From the human T2T-CHM13v2.0 reference genome, Homo sapiens: a DNA stretch of 64,000 nt. A program made the translations under genes and the position numbers. The notes under the pieces were generated by a model. That model had not been told where the DNA came from and made no database searches. It worked only from the letters and a program-made list of their open reading frames with translations. Location: NCBI RefSeq assembly GCF_009914755.1, contig NC_060925.1. One strand, 5' to 3'. The number at the start of each line of letters is the position of its first letter. Position 1 is the first letter of the stretch. This document shows positions 29,536 to 43,719 of this stretch, piece after piece.

Positions 29536-29900
<365 letters not shown>

Positions 29901-30479
29901 GGAATGTTTGTTTCTGCAGCCATCATGATCAGAACTATCTTGAAGAGCAGAGTGTTATTTTAACCCCCCCACTCTCCTTGGACTAGTTCACATGTAATGA
30001 AATCTCCTGTTAGTGCAGTGATTCCATCTGTGTTTTCTCACCTGCAGGTGTTGGGGGCTCAATTACCATACTTGCTAATATGTTGTTACTTTCTGAAGAT
30101 GTAAATTATAACAGGTGCTACTTATGAATTATATTTAATAGCAATGCATCCAACTCATTTGTTAACTTACACACAGTCAGATGAGGTCTCTTCATTTGAC
30201 CCTCCAGAGAGAGGACGACCAGCCTCCTTGGAGCTTCCATATTTTTGGAAGTCTCTTCTGGTTACCCTTCATGTTTAAAAGTGATAGTGATGATATTAGC
30301 CCAGGACTTCACCTGAATTTGAGCTTCCTGTGGCAAAGTGTACATGAACAACCCCACTAAGGACCTAAACCAATAAAATATTACTCAATATATCCTATGT
30401 CTTCAAGAAATAGGACTCCAGAAAAATAACACAGTAATTCCAATGTGTCCAGTGTCTTCATTCCCGTGACTTTGCTGGA

Positions 30480-30640
30480 GCAGTATAGTGTAGTGGATAA
30501 GAATACAAACTGCCTGGGTTCTGTGTCTCCATTTCCTCATCTGTAAAATGGGGATAATAATGGTTCCCATCTCTTAGGGTTGAATGAAGATTAAATGAGT
30601 TAACACATGTAGAGAATTTTGAACAATGCACAGCTCTTTA
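30480..30640 (+). mobile_element. MIR SINE
   Basis: tttcctcatctgtaaaatggggataataatgg core. Confidence 0.85.
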
Positions 30641-30698
30641 CATAGTTCCCAGCACTATATTAAGCACTGGCCCAAGAATAATTGATTCATTCAACAAG

Positions 30699-30998
30699 TT
30701 TTTTTTCTTTTTTGAAACAGGGTTTTGCTCTATTGCCCAGACTTGAGTACAGTGACACGATCATGGTTCACTGCAGCCTTGACCTCCTGGGCTCAGTCCT
30801 CCCACCTCAGCCTCCTGAGTAGCTGGGACTACAGGTATATGCCACCATGCCCCCAATTTTTTTGTTTCTGTTTTTTCTAGAGATGGGATATCACTATGTT
30901 GCCGAGGCTGGTCTCAAACTCTTTGGTTCAAGCGATCCACCTCCAATCTCGGCCTCCCAAAGTGCTAGGATTAAAGGCATGAGCCGCCACACCTGGCC
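30699..30998 (-). mobile_element. AluJ inserted in an L2 tail
   Basis: cactgcagccttgacctcctgggctc J-type right arm; flanks tcaacaa/tcgacaa. Confidence 0.92.
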
Positions 30999-33829
30999 TC
31001 GACAAATACTTTTGAGTGCCACCTCTGTGCCGGCCACTGTACCAGATGTGGTGATACAATGGGGAACTACATAAACCTGACCTTAGAGAATTTGCATTTT
31101 ACCTGGGGAACACAGACTACTATGATAGGCAAAGACCCCCAGCTGACAGGGAAGCTTCCTGGATTTGAGGACTACACCAAGGCCCTGGAGACTGGTTGTA
31201 GCCAGGCAAACGGTGTGCCAAGAAGGGGATTGCATGCACCAAGTTCTGGAAGTATAAGATGGCATAACAGAGACAGTAGTTCAGTGCGGCTGTGAAATGG
31301 AGGGAAAGGGATGGTGAGAGAGGAGGTAGGTCACAAAGGGCTTCTTAGCACCATTCAAGTGCAGCTGTGTCTCCTGGGAGCAATTGAGTGGGAAGGAGAA
31401 AGTAAACGCCCCATGCTTAGACTTGACTACTATTTTGACACTTCTCCCACAGGGCCTTACATTGTAATCTCTTACAGCACAAGGTACATGTGTACTTTTT
31501 TCCATTCACATTGTGAATTCCTTGAAGGCAGAAATCACGGGCCTTTTATTTCCTCCAACTCTCCCTAGCCACTGGCAGCTTTGTTGGTATTTGAGCCCTC
31601 ACTAGCCATCTCTTAGCACCTCTGGCATAATGTGATTCCAGATCATTCTTCATTACCTGCTGAGGACCCCAACACCCTGTCTTGCTCTTGTGAGACCTCC
31701 TCTGCACTCTGTCCTGAGGTTACTACCAAAGTTTCTGATGGTCTTCTCCTGGGACACCTCCTCCTGATCTCCCATCCTCATTCCCTGAAGCAATTTTGTT
31801 CTCACTTACCAGACTTTCGCTCTCCCCTCAATGTGAATGGCTTGTCTAGCCCAGCTGTTGTGATTTTTCTACTCTCTAGATGCAGTGCAATGGACCAGCA
31901 ATGGCTTTGGAGTCGCCCAGATCTGAGCCTGAATCCCACCACCTAGATGTGTGGTCTTCAGCAAGCCATTTAATCTTTCTGGGCTTCATTTCTCTCACTT
32001 ATAAAACAACGCTAATACTACCTAGCTGCAGGGTTGTTGTTGTAAGGATGAAGTAGTGGTTATATAACTAAGACGCTCATTAAATGATGATACCCACGTC
32101 CCTGCCTATAGGTACAGTTGCATAGTTTCCAAGTCCTAAACTCTTCACGTCTGTACTTTCTTGTTGTGGTAACTGATTCAGTTCCCAGAAATCTTGTGAA
32201 ATAGTCAATTAGGGTTAATGAAAGATAATTCCTTGGCACAAAGTACTTCCTTCTCAAGAACATCCTGCATGTAAGTTACTTTCATTCTAGGCTGTTAAGA
32301 CATTTTTCAAACTTACCTGTAGATAGTAATCTCAGACCTAGGAGACACATCAACAGTGATAACGAAAAGAGAGCAAGCGATTCTGAAGTTGTTTTTCTCT
32401 AGAGTAACATGTGTACAGCATCCAGAACAATTAGATCGTGATTGCCAGGCCAAATTTCCATCATGACACTAATGAGTTACAAACCCCTGGAGCATTGCAT
32501 CCAGGAAACAGCAGCAGCATCCAAGCCCTTTGATGGAATCACAACCTTATAATTAGTATAAGTCCATTCATTATCATGGGCCTGGGTGCGTGCATACCAG
32601 GGGAGAAGAGTGAGGGACAAGGAAACAAATTAAAAAGCATAAACTGAGAAAGGAAAAGAAATTAAAACCACTGAAAACTCACTAATATAATTATAGGAAC
32701 TTCTCAACTGCTGAAGTTTGGGGAACCCAAACTGATTTCAGGGAGACACTGAATATAGATACTAGCTGCAGGGCTATCTTAGAACTATGAGGTGCACCAT
32801 GTCTCTCTTCCTGCCCTTTGACAACTGTCCCTCTCTCCCCTTTCTGTGTTTTTGCAACCTGGGCATTTAAGAGTGAGGACGAGAAGAAAGGCACAAAGGA
32901 ATGGAAGGAGGAGGGAAGGAGAGGGAAAGAAGAGAGGGAGACTAACGGTTCCTGGAGCACCATTTGTGATATGTGCCCAGTGGTCCGCCGGCTGCTCCCT
33001 ATCCGTTAGCACGGTGTCAGGAACACAGGCATTGGCAGCAGACAGACCTGGTTCAGAGTCGGCTCCTGGCTGTCTTGGGCAAATGGCCTCAGTTTCTTTA
33101 TATGTAAAATGTTGAAGTGATTGGGGGCATGAAACAAGGTAATGTATATGAAGCCCTTAATACACAAAGGACATAGTCAATTGTCTCTTAAAATTATTTC
33201 ACTTTTCTCCATAAAAGGGTGAAGTGGGTCTATTATCCTCATTTTGTGAATAAAGACACTGGTGGCAAGGGACACCAAGGGGATCATGAGCTCCATGAAT
33301 GTAAGGGCCATGCCCACCTTGGTCACTGCTATACCCAGCACTAGGCAGTTAGGCCAGGAAGGCTTCACTGTGGTTGGGAGGGAGTTAAAGTTTCACCCAT
33401 CTGGATCCAAGGCCAGGATCCTTCCCAGTGCCATGTTGCTGGCCCCAAATAATCTCCTGTCTCTGTGGGTAGATGTAGAGTAGTAAGCACAGGTTTGAGG
33501 ACGAAACAGCTGGGGTTCAAGTCCCAAGTTAAATAACTTGCTTTGTGAGCCAACTATTTATATGTTTCTGATCCTCTTTATGTCCTTCCCATCCTGAAAG
33601 AGTCCCTTAGTCTTTTTGATAAAAGACTCTCAGAGGGAGCTGAAAGAAAAGGATTATTTTAGGGCCGGAGCCCTAAAGAAGAGTCCTATCCCTGCAGGTC
33701 AGTATGCTAGTGACAGAAAAGGAAAACCTCAGGGAAAGGGTTAGGATGGTTTGTCTGGGGTTTGTTTTTTCAGATAGGAACGGAAAAAAAAAGAAAAAAG
33801 AAAAAGAAATATGGAGAGGGAGCTAATAG

Positions 33830-34050
33830 TTATTGAGCAACTATTGTGTACTCATTGTGTTTGGTGTTTTATACCTAATGTCTCACTTAATCCCCATAAA
33901 AGTTCCGTAAGAAAGATTCCCATTTTACAGATAAGAAAACTGAGGGTTAGAAAGGTTAAGCACTTTGACCAGTTTAACTGATCTTGTTAAATGGCAAAAC
34001 AAAGCTTGTTTCCAGGTTGGTTTTCCTCCAAAGCCCCTGTTCTTTTCATA
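33830..34050 (-). mobile_element. MIR SINE
   Basis: cccattttacagataagaaaactgagg core. Confidence 0.75.
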
Positions 34051-35237
34051 AGTATAGCTACTTCTCTTCAAGGTAAAAGAAAATAAAAACAGACTTGTCA
34101 GGCTCTTAGGTTTACCAAAAAGTTTCATCTTCTATTGAGTGTCCACTGGGAAGTGATTTATCTTTGTTTGGAAACAACACCCACACCTGTGCTCTGCTCT
34201 ATCTTCACCTGACCTCTTTTTAATGCTACCCACCTATCAATGCAATGCAGAGTCCGCAGGTGCCTGGTCCCTGGAATTTTATTTCATGGTCAGGCTACAA
34301 ATTCGTGACTACTTTTAAAAATAATGATTTGTGTTCAACGTGAGTTTTTGTAGCAGATATATAAATAAACATATTATTTCTATTTTAAAATATAATATTG
34401 ATTCTGTTTCTTATAACACAAGAGAAAAGCAAGTGAGAAGTCAGAGTGCTGGCTTAAAAATTAAACCCTGTAAAGTTTACAGGCAATCTACAGTGAAGCT
34501 AAATCTAACAGCCATGAAACAAAAAATAGCAGAATCACTTTACAGGGGTTTTCCGGGCAACTCTGGAATTCAAGTGTTCAAGTTCAGCCCATGTAATAAA
34601 GGGGAGTTTATGATGGTTTTGCAATTGAGGCAGAAGGTGGAGAAAAGAACACTTGTATTAGGGAGCATCCTAAAACCAAAAGCCTCACGAAGAAAGTTTA
34701 CTAGGTGTGAAAAGTTTGTTTTAAAGAGAAGGGATATGAAACCATAAGGCGAACAAAATATCTCATTAACCCAGGCAGCACTAGAAACATTTTGCATGCA
34801 TGCATTCATCACTACAGCAAACTTTTATTGGGTACCTACTAGAAGGACAAGTAGTACGTCCAGCAGAGAGGATGCAAAGCAAACAGGCATACTCCCTGCC
34901 ATCGAGAATCTTATCGTCTGAGGGGTGGGGCAAATATGTGAATAGTGATTATGGCACAAATACTATATTTGAGATTATGTAAGAGCAATCGTAGCTGATA
35001 TTTGTTAGGTGCTTATGACAATGCCACACTCGGTTTTAAGCCCTTTCTATGTTATTAACTTAATACTCCTCACAAGGCTCTATGAAGTAGGTACTGTTAT
35101 TAATACCATTTTACAGCTAAGGATGGGTAAGGTAAAGGACTTGCTCAAGGAGAGACGATAACCAATGCTGAAAGGGCCATAAGAGTATGTTGGAGGGATT
35201 GATGGACTTTCCCTGAAGGCAGAAAGATGCATGCAAC

Positions 35238-35311
35238 CTGGATCTTAAGGAAGGAGGAGGAGGAGTAGTTTTCTGGATCTTAAGGAAGGAGGAGGAGTTT
35301 TCTGGATCCAA
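35238..35311. repeat. Short tandem duplication of ctggatcttaaggaaggaggagga...gtttt (about 2.3 copies) within an L2 fragment
   Basis: Units read directly starting at about 35238, 35273 and 35302. Confidence 0.85.
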
Positions 35312-35902
35312 GGTGAAACAAAGAAGCACATTCTAGACATGGGGAACAGCATGTGTCTGAGGGTGGTGTATCTGGGGAACTGAGAACCTCCGTGCATGAC
35401 AAATGCAGGACCCACGATGCATGGAAGTCAGAGATGGGACAGACTGAGAGGGGCTTTATGAGTCATGGTAAGGAGTTTAGGCAATAAGGGTCCAAATGAG
35501 GATTTTAAATAAGGGACTTAAGATAGCTTTGCAGTTAACTTTGTCAGAGTGTTCTACAGGTGAGAAGATTTGAGGTAGGGACATTAGATAGGAGGCTAAG
35601 CTAATATCCAGATGAGCGGTGGTGGCCTGAACGAGGCCAGTGATTGGGAGGATTCTTGAAAGGGAATTTGAAAGATTTATGAACAATGCACTTATATTTC
35701 TGTAATTATTTTTCTGCTTATATTTCTTCATACTATGTGGGAAGTATCAAGACACCAATCCTTGGATTGGTGGGTACTAAAGAAACTTGTCAAATGACTT
35801 GATTGAATGAATCTGGACTCAAGCATTCATTCTTACCTAATAACAGTAGTACATATTTTTAAAGGGCCTTCTAAAGTACCTGGTACATAGTAGATACTCA
35901 AA

Positions 35903-35906
<4 letters not shown>

Positions 35907-35956
<50 letters not shown>
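35907..35956. repeat. (CA)25 microsatellite
   Basis: Perfect run. Confidence 0.97.
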
Positions 35957-35958
<2 letters not shown>

Positions 35959-36579
35959 ATTTTAAAAGCCTAATAATTTGGGAGCCACCCTGAAACCTCA
36001 AAGCTAAAAGTCATTTATTTAATTGAGCACAATTTTTACTAATCTGAGAGGTGCCATCTTGATTTAGTTGTAAAGAGTTGGTTGTGTTCAGTTTTAAGGC
36101 AAACGAGTTAACTCTTTCTTTGGCGTAAAACATTACACCTCACCCTCTCATTGTGCTTAATAAATTACCTCTGCCATCCCCTTTTATTGACAGGAAAAGT
36201 GGGCACCAGAGGACCCAAACCGCCTGCCCAAAGCCACACAGCAAGATGATGTAGAAAAAGTAAAATATTTACATATCCACCTTGCGGCCCCCTCTAATGT
36301 TGCTTCTTCTCCACTTTAAGAGAAAGTTAGAAAATTGTGGATAGAAAGGGAAAGCAAATTCTGCATAAAAGAAAACATTTTTTAAAAATACAAATGTGGC
36401 CTAATTTAATTTCCAATATATGTCTCCACCTTCGGCTTTGAAAAAAGGTTAAAATGCAATTCTCCAAGACGAAGTTATTCCATAGAGGAATATTAACCTC
36501 CTCGCCCCTTGTACTTTGACTCGTTTTATCTCCTTTTCATTTTTGTTTGTGGGTCTATTCATTTTGGTGAGGCCAGGCA

Positions 36580-36594
36580 CGTTGCTAGGTAACG
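36580..36594. promoter_or_regulatory. RFX X-box motif
   Basis: CGTTGCTAGGTAACG matches the palindromic RFX consensus GTNRCC/T-N0-3-RGYAAC, in a locally GC/CpG-richer unique block. Confidence 0.6.
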
Positions 36595-39126
36595 GGCCCA
36601 TCACGGGCCAGCATGTTAGTTTGCCTGGGTGGCAGACTTCCCTAGCGCTAGCTGCCGGCAATGCAGTCTCTCACAAAAAGCATTTATCACTGGGCAGGCA
36701 CAGTAATGGCCACTCAGTGGAGGGGAAATTGAGCTGACCCGAAGGCCAAAGCTGTTAGGGAGACTGGTGGGAAGGGTAAGAGGGTCACAACACCCTTTTC
36801 CCACCCACTTAGTGGGCAGTAAGCGGTAGAACAGCCCAGCCACTGTTTTCACTAACATATCCTGAGGCTTTGCACCTGAAATAAATGTTTGCTTGACATT
36901 AACGATAAAAAAAGAAGAGGCCAAAAAATAAAATCCGTTTGTTCTAAGAACAATGAACTGAACAATGAACAGTGTGATTTAAAGTTAGCCAGAGTTTCCT
37001 CAAAATTTGATTTTGGTAGTTATGCTGAAAGGGAGAGTTGCAGAGAAGCGGGGTCCTAAATAATTAGTATGTTCTGATAGTGGTCATCCAAACGTTTATT
37101 TATGCAGCTCCTTGAATTTGAAAGGAGAGAAGTCTAAATATGTGTGCTTTTTAATTTTTTCCCCGTGAATGGCACCAGTTTTACAAGTATTAATGTTGGT
37201 CATCACCAAATTGATACTATTTTGGAAATATCCATTTCAAATTTCTGTGTAATTAAATAATGATACTTACCTTCCATATTTATTTAGCTTAACATGAGAT
37301 AAAGTTTAGTAGGCAAACCAGACATTTACAAATGTGCTTAAATATACTTTTGCAATGTTGAGTAACAACACGTATTTGAATGTGATGCTTTCCTATACAA
37401 TGTTACGGATTTTTCTGGAAACATTATTCAGATTTTATTTCCTTTTTTCAGAATTATTTTACATGAATGAATATAAAACAAAGAAAAGTGTCATTACAAA
37501 AACAAGAAAAGCATAAGTAATTCACGGAAGGATAAACATCGTTGTAAACAGCACAAAGGTTATACACAAAAATATTTTATTTTAACAGTGTAGAAATCTT
37601 GGCAAGATTCAATTGTGGAAGAAAAGAGAAATTCCTTCCCAGGCCATTTATTTTTTGCAATCAACTATAAGTCATGCCATTTTGTGTTAAAACTTGAAAA
37701 ATTATATGAGGGTTTGAATGCCCTTGTATTAAAAAGTAGGCACTAAATATTATTTAGCATTTCATTTAAAATTATCTTTATTATTAAACATTATGCAGTT
37801 CCAATATTCTACTTTACTTGAGAGCAAACTCTTATTTTCCAAGTGAAGAACACATAACCATCAGAAATCCTCATTTCAAATATTATATCAATATTTTGAC
37901 GAAATATTTTCCTCTCTCTAAGCCCCAGTTTTCCCCCAGAGGGGAAGGTAAAATCCACCCCACCTACCTCCCTGAGTAATCATGACAATCAGATGAGGTG
38001 TTAGCTGTGAAACACCATACAGATGTAAGACGACTATTTTATTATTGTGAAAAATAAAACTGTTTGGAGAAACTGAAAGGATGAGAGGTAGGTTTTCAAC
38101 AGCACTCAATATTCTCTCATTTTTTATAGATTTAGGCTTCTTGCCTCTGTGCAATGCCAAAGTTATAAGCCTAGTAGAACCAGTGTGATTTTTTTTTGAC
38201 CAATTAGCCTCGCTTTATACATAGACAAGAGGAATTGCTGCAGCTTTTCTTCAGAAATGGAGCAGAGTTAAGAGCACAAGAAGAGCCCTTTTCTTCACTC
38301 TGGCTCCACTGCTTTCAAACAACAATATTTAACCAACAAAAGAAGAGACCAAGTCAATCTCAGTTTTAGTGATTCCCCTGAAAGTCATCAAATAAAAATG
38401 TGAACTTTAAAATTGATCAGGATTAATTTCACTGACACTGTATCATAACATATACCTCTTTAGAGACTCATTTGTTGGGCTGCAGATGCAAAGAAAGTAC
38501 GGAAAGAAATAAATCAGAACACAATAAGGCAATTAGACTTTTGCCATTGATAGAATACTAAAAATGTCTGATTTATCAAAGCATTAACAAACAGAAGTAA
38601 ACACAAGACTTATATTTTCTTACAAAATACCTAGAGAGAGGAAGATTAAAATAATAACCAAGACCATGTGTATCAATAAATTTAATTTATAAATATTGCC
38701 CCATTGCCAGATGATGCTATTTCATTTGCTAATTTGAAGAGTGCAACAGCGAGGGATGATTTATCAATGCAAGTGCCACCCTGATGGGTAACTGCTGTTC
38801 TCAACGCTGTGGACACCTTCTCATGCAGATGAGAGGGTTTTAGTGAATTGGAAGTACAGTTTAATAAGAAAAGTTATTTAAGCTTTCCCTGTAGTCGTTA
38901 CCTTCAATCTGAAATTGAACAAATATTTTTATAGTATTTTTCTTCACAGTGAACTCAATCCCAGGGTGATTATAATAAGAAAAATAGTTACCAGTGCAGG
39001 TCATCACACTAAGTGCTTATACATGTTATCTCATTTAATCCTGACAATAACTCTATTAAGTGGATATAATCATCTCCATTTACAGATGAGAAAAGTGACT
39101 CTGAGAAAGGTATGTCAACTCGGTGG

Positions 39127-39435
39127 TTTTGTTTGTTTGTTTGTTTAAAGAGATAGAGTTTCACTCTGTTCCCAAGCCTTGAGTGCAATGGGGCAATCAC
39201 AGCCCACTGCAGCCTCAAATTCCTAAGCTCAAGTGATCCTCCTGCTTCAGCCTCTCAAGTAGCTAGGAATACAAGTGCATGCCACAGTGCCTTGCTAATT
39301 AAACAAATTTTTTTTTTGTAGAGACAGGGTCTTGCTCTCTTACCCAGGCTGGTCTCGAACTCCTGCCCTCAATGATTCTCCTACCTTGGCCTCCCAAAGC
39401 ATGGAGATTACAGGTGTGAGCAACCATACCTGGCC
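39127..39435 (-). mobile_element. AluJ inserted in a MIR
   Basis: J-type dimer; flanks tcaactcggt/tcagcttggt; MIR core tttacagatgagaaaagtga upstream. Confidence 0.9.
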
Positions 39436-39916
39436 TCAGCTTGGTTTTAGAAAATGTCAGAGTCAACATTTAAACCTGCTCAGCTCCAAAATATGTGCTC
39501 ATAATCACTATCATATAATTACTTCAAAATATGTGCTTGAAAGTCTCAGAAATCAAAATTCTTTTAAGACAAACTGTGATGTTAATTACAGAAGCTGTAT
39601 AATTTAACATGTGCTAATATATGGAAAGTTAAATTTTGATGAAAGAATTTTAGCAGTGAAAGAACCTCAACAGCCATCAAAATCAAACCTTCATCTCTGA
39701 GATAAAGAAGCTGAGACTACACAGGATGTGATGTACCTAAAGGCACATCTAAGGTTATTAAACAGGCACATGATTAAGTGATTGTTCCACCAAATAAGTC
39801 ACTGCAAACTTGCCTCAAATGGCTAGTATATTTAAAATATAAGTCACTACACAACATTTCTACCTACACAAAAATGTCAAGGAAACACATCTGCTGCAAG
39901 ATGAGATAGAGCTGTA

Positions 39917-41910
39917 TATGCATACCTCAGAGATATTGCAGGCTTGGTTCCAGAATACCGCAATAAGGCAACTATGGAAATAAAGCAAGTCACAGGATTT
40001 TTTGGTTTCCCAATGCATGCAAAAGTCATGTTTATATTATCCTTTGTTGTCCTCTCAACAATGGTATAGCATCTTCACTAGAAGTGGATTCCATCTCAGA
40101 AACCACTTTCTTTGCTCATCCATAAGAAGCAATGCCTAGTTTGTTCAGGATTTATCATGAGATTGCAGCAATTCAGTCATATCTTCAGCCTCCACTTCTA
40201 ATTCTAGTTCTCTTGCTATTTCTGCCACATCTGCAGTTCCTTCCTCCACTGAAGTCTTGAACCCCTCAAGGTCATCCAGGAGGGCTAGAATCAACTTCTT
40301 CCAAACTCTTATTAATGTTGATATTTTGACCTCCTTTTGTGAATCACAAATGTTCTCATGGCCTCTAGAATGGTGAATTCTTTCCTGAAGGTTTTCAATT
40401 TACTTTGCCAGATCCATCACATGAGTCAGTATCCATGATAGCAATAGCCTTTTGAAATGTGTTTCTGAAATCATAAGACTTGAAGGTGGAAATCACTACT
40501 TGATCCATGGGCTGCAGAATGGATGGTGTGTTAGCAGACATGAACACATTTATCTCCTAGTACATCGCCATCAGAGCTCTTGGGTGACCAGGTGCATTGC
40601 CAATGAGCAGTAATCTTTTGAAAGCAATCTTTGTTTCTGAGCAGTAGATCTCAAGAGTGGGCTTAAAATATTCGATAAACCATGCTGTTAACAGACGTGT
40701 TATCATCCAGTTTTTGTTGTTCCATTTCTAAGAGCATAGGCGGAGTAGATTTAGTGTAATTCTTAAGGGTCCTAGGATTTTTGGGATGGTAAATGAGCAT
40801 TGGTTTCAACTTAAAGTCACCAGCTACACTAGTCCCTACCAAGAGAGTCAGTCTGTCCTTTGAAGCTTTGAATTCGGGCATTGACTTCTCTCTAGCTATG
40901 ATGGTCCTAGATGGCATCTCCTTCTAATAGAAGGCTGTTTCATCTACACTGAAAATCTGTTGTTTAGTGTAGATCATCAATGATCTTAGTGAGATCTTCT
41001 GGACAATGTGCTGCAGCTTCTACATCAGCACTTGCTGCTTCACCTTATGCTTTATGTTACAGAGATGGCTTCTTTCCTTAAACCTCATGAACCAACCTCT
41101 GCTAGCTTCCAAATTTTCTTCTACAGCTTCCTCACCTCTCTCAGCCTTCATAGAATGGAAGAGAATTAGGATCTTGCTCTGGATTAGGCTTTAGCTTAAG
41201 AGAAGGTTGTGCTGGTTTAATCTTCTATCCAAACCACTCAAGCTTTCTGCATATCAACAATAAAGCTATCTTGCTTTCTTATCACTCTTGTGTTCATTAC
41301 AGTGGCACTTTTAATTTCCTTCAAGAACTCTTCTTTTAAATTCAGAACTTGGCTAACTGTTTAGCTCAAGAGGCCTAGCTTTTGGCCTATCTCAGCTTTC
41401 AACATGCCTTCCTCACTAAGCTTACTCTAATCTACCTTTTGATTTAACGTGAGAGATGCAGGACTCTTCCTTTCACTTGAATGCTTAGAGGCCATTGTAG
41501 AGTTATTAATTGGCCTAATTTCAATATTGTTGTGTCTTAGGGAATAGGGAGGCCTCAGGAGAGGGAGAGAGATGGGGGGAATGGCCAAGTCGGTGGAGCA
41601 GTCAGAACACACGTATTTATGGATTAAATTATCTGTCTTATATAGACGTGGTTTGTGTGCTCCAAAACAATGACAACAATAACATCAAAGATCACTGCTT
41701 ACAGACCACTGCAACAAATGTAATAATGGTAAATAAGTTTGATATGTTGTGAGAATTAGTAAATGTGACATGAAGTGAGCACATGCTGTTGAAAAAATGG
41801 AGCCCATAGACCTGCTTGATGGAAGGTTACCACAAACGTTCAATCTGTACAACCACAATGTCTGCAAAGCACAATAAACTGAAATGCAATAAAACAAGGA
41901 GGTATGCCTG
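39917..41910 (-). mobile_element. Tigger1 DNA transposon, both TIRs present, internally deleted, transposase disrupted
   Basis: Ends (t)atgcatacctcagagatattgcagg and gcaataaaacaaggaggtatgcctg; ORF 40663-40917 ([10 protein letters not shown]...[12 protein letters not shown]) is pogo/Tigger transposase; about 2.0 kb versus about 2.4 kb consensus. Confidence 0.95.
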
Positions 41911-43719
41911 TGTTAGAAATCAGGGGAAATCCGTCAGTTTCATTCTGCCCTGGCTTCCCGTATGTCAACCCCTATACTGGGCACTGTGACACCAAGATGA
42001 AGAGTTCTTAGTCTAGGCTTTGCATGGTAATAAAAATAACACAAATTCTTATGAATTTTAAGTAATACACTCAAAATTTAATTTTGAAAACTTACAGGAA
42101 GACTGAGGTTAATCTAAGTAATTTCTATGTACACTAAAACAGATACTAATCTGAGTGTGGCAATGCTCAGTCCCATAAGCAAAAAGAGACTGTGTCTGAG
42201 CCATTTTCCTCTTGGAGGTAGGGATGGAAGCAAAAATACTTAGACTATATTGTCCATTCCAAAAAGCTATCTACCAAAGAAAATATTGAACTACCTTTTG
42301 GTTCTGTCCCCAGATAGCTAATTAAGCAGGATTCCCTATAGACCTTTTCTAATCACATGAGATAGGCATCAGAAAATCATGAAGTCAACCGTATTTGTAT
42401 ATAAAAATAAATTTTAAAAATAGAAAGTGGAGTAATTCAACAAATCTATAAGAGATGGAAAGAGAACATCTTATCTTATCAATATCAGTACGCATAAATT
42501 CAACTAGTGCAATTTCCTGGTGAGCAAATCCAGATAATTTCAGGGTTTTTCCGAAGGTCACACAGCTTGATAGGGGCAGAGCCAGGTCTAGGACCAAGAG
42601 CTCTTGACTGTGGGTCTATGCTTTTCCCACTACATCAGATTACTTGGGCAAATGTCAATGCATAGTACACACATGAGAAAGATAGGAAAGAGTAGAAAAT
42701 TGGCATACTCACTTGATTATTTGTATCTCCAACATGGAATAAAATATACAGTACAATTTCAGACCAATTTTGATAACAAGGCTACCAGTTCTAGTTTCAA
42801 AGTTACTTTGAACCTGTTAACAAAAATATTTTTATAATATCCACATAATGAGACATATGGTCATAACAGCCATTTGCACAAACATGTAAGCATTTAAATA
42901 TAAGACATAAACTGTTCAGTATACTGTCTCTAGTATCTAATATGTTACTCCACACAGTGTAGAATGCTCCAAATTTGTCATTAGCTTTATAGGTTGCTCA
43001 TTGTAAATGCCCTCAAACTTTCAAATTACCCTGCCGTACCTGATCTGTCATGGATAGTCAAAAGAAGAAAACACAAAGACTGAAAATATTATGATATTTT
43101 GAAAGTGACAGTTTCCTTGGGGTTTGACTTTCTGTACTCTAAATTCCTCCGGATGGAGATTTGCTTCTTAATTTGGCACATTCATCAGCTGGCACCTATT
43201 ACATGACTATGTATAATAGTAAGAAGAAATCCTAAGCACATGGGACAGATACTGACATATAGTAAGAAATTCAATAAGACATTTGTTAAATGAATGAATG
43301 AATGAATAATTCTTATTTTCTTTGACCACTTCTCAAATGATACCAGGCAAACTACATTTACAAAAAAAAAAAAAAATGACAATATCACTTTAAACAGGTA
43401 AACTGAGCTTTTCTGAGGAGAATAAATTCTCCATTTCTATTTTGCACATTCCCATGTCTACTTTGAAATATTATAATTCTATGTTACAAAAACATAACTA
43501 TTACTATTGTATAAAGACGTTGTGTCACACTTTTTTAAATAGGATTCAATTTTCTTTATGCTACTTAATGAAAAAAAAATTTCCCTTAAAAGAGCACAAA
43601 CTGGAATTTAAAACATTGTTGGAAATACTTCTGGGTTTTAGAAGAGCCTAATCTTTCCATAGACTGAAATAGAATTATCCTACACCTCCTTAAAATATCA
43701 ACTATTACGACTCCAATTA

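Noticed and set aside
34331-34747. 138-aa lysine-rich ORF in unique sequence
   Set aside because: Non-ATG start, no recognisable domain, no supporting splice structure; composition reflects A-rich DNA.
43040-43079. Possible 40-nt minus-strand micro-exon (ttttcag|...CAG|GTACGG)
   Set aside because: Weak polypyrimidine tract, not a multiple of 3, no partner exons; within chance expectation.
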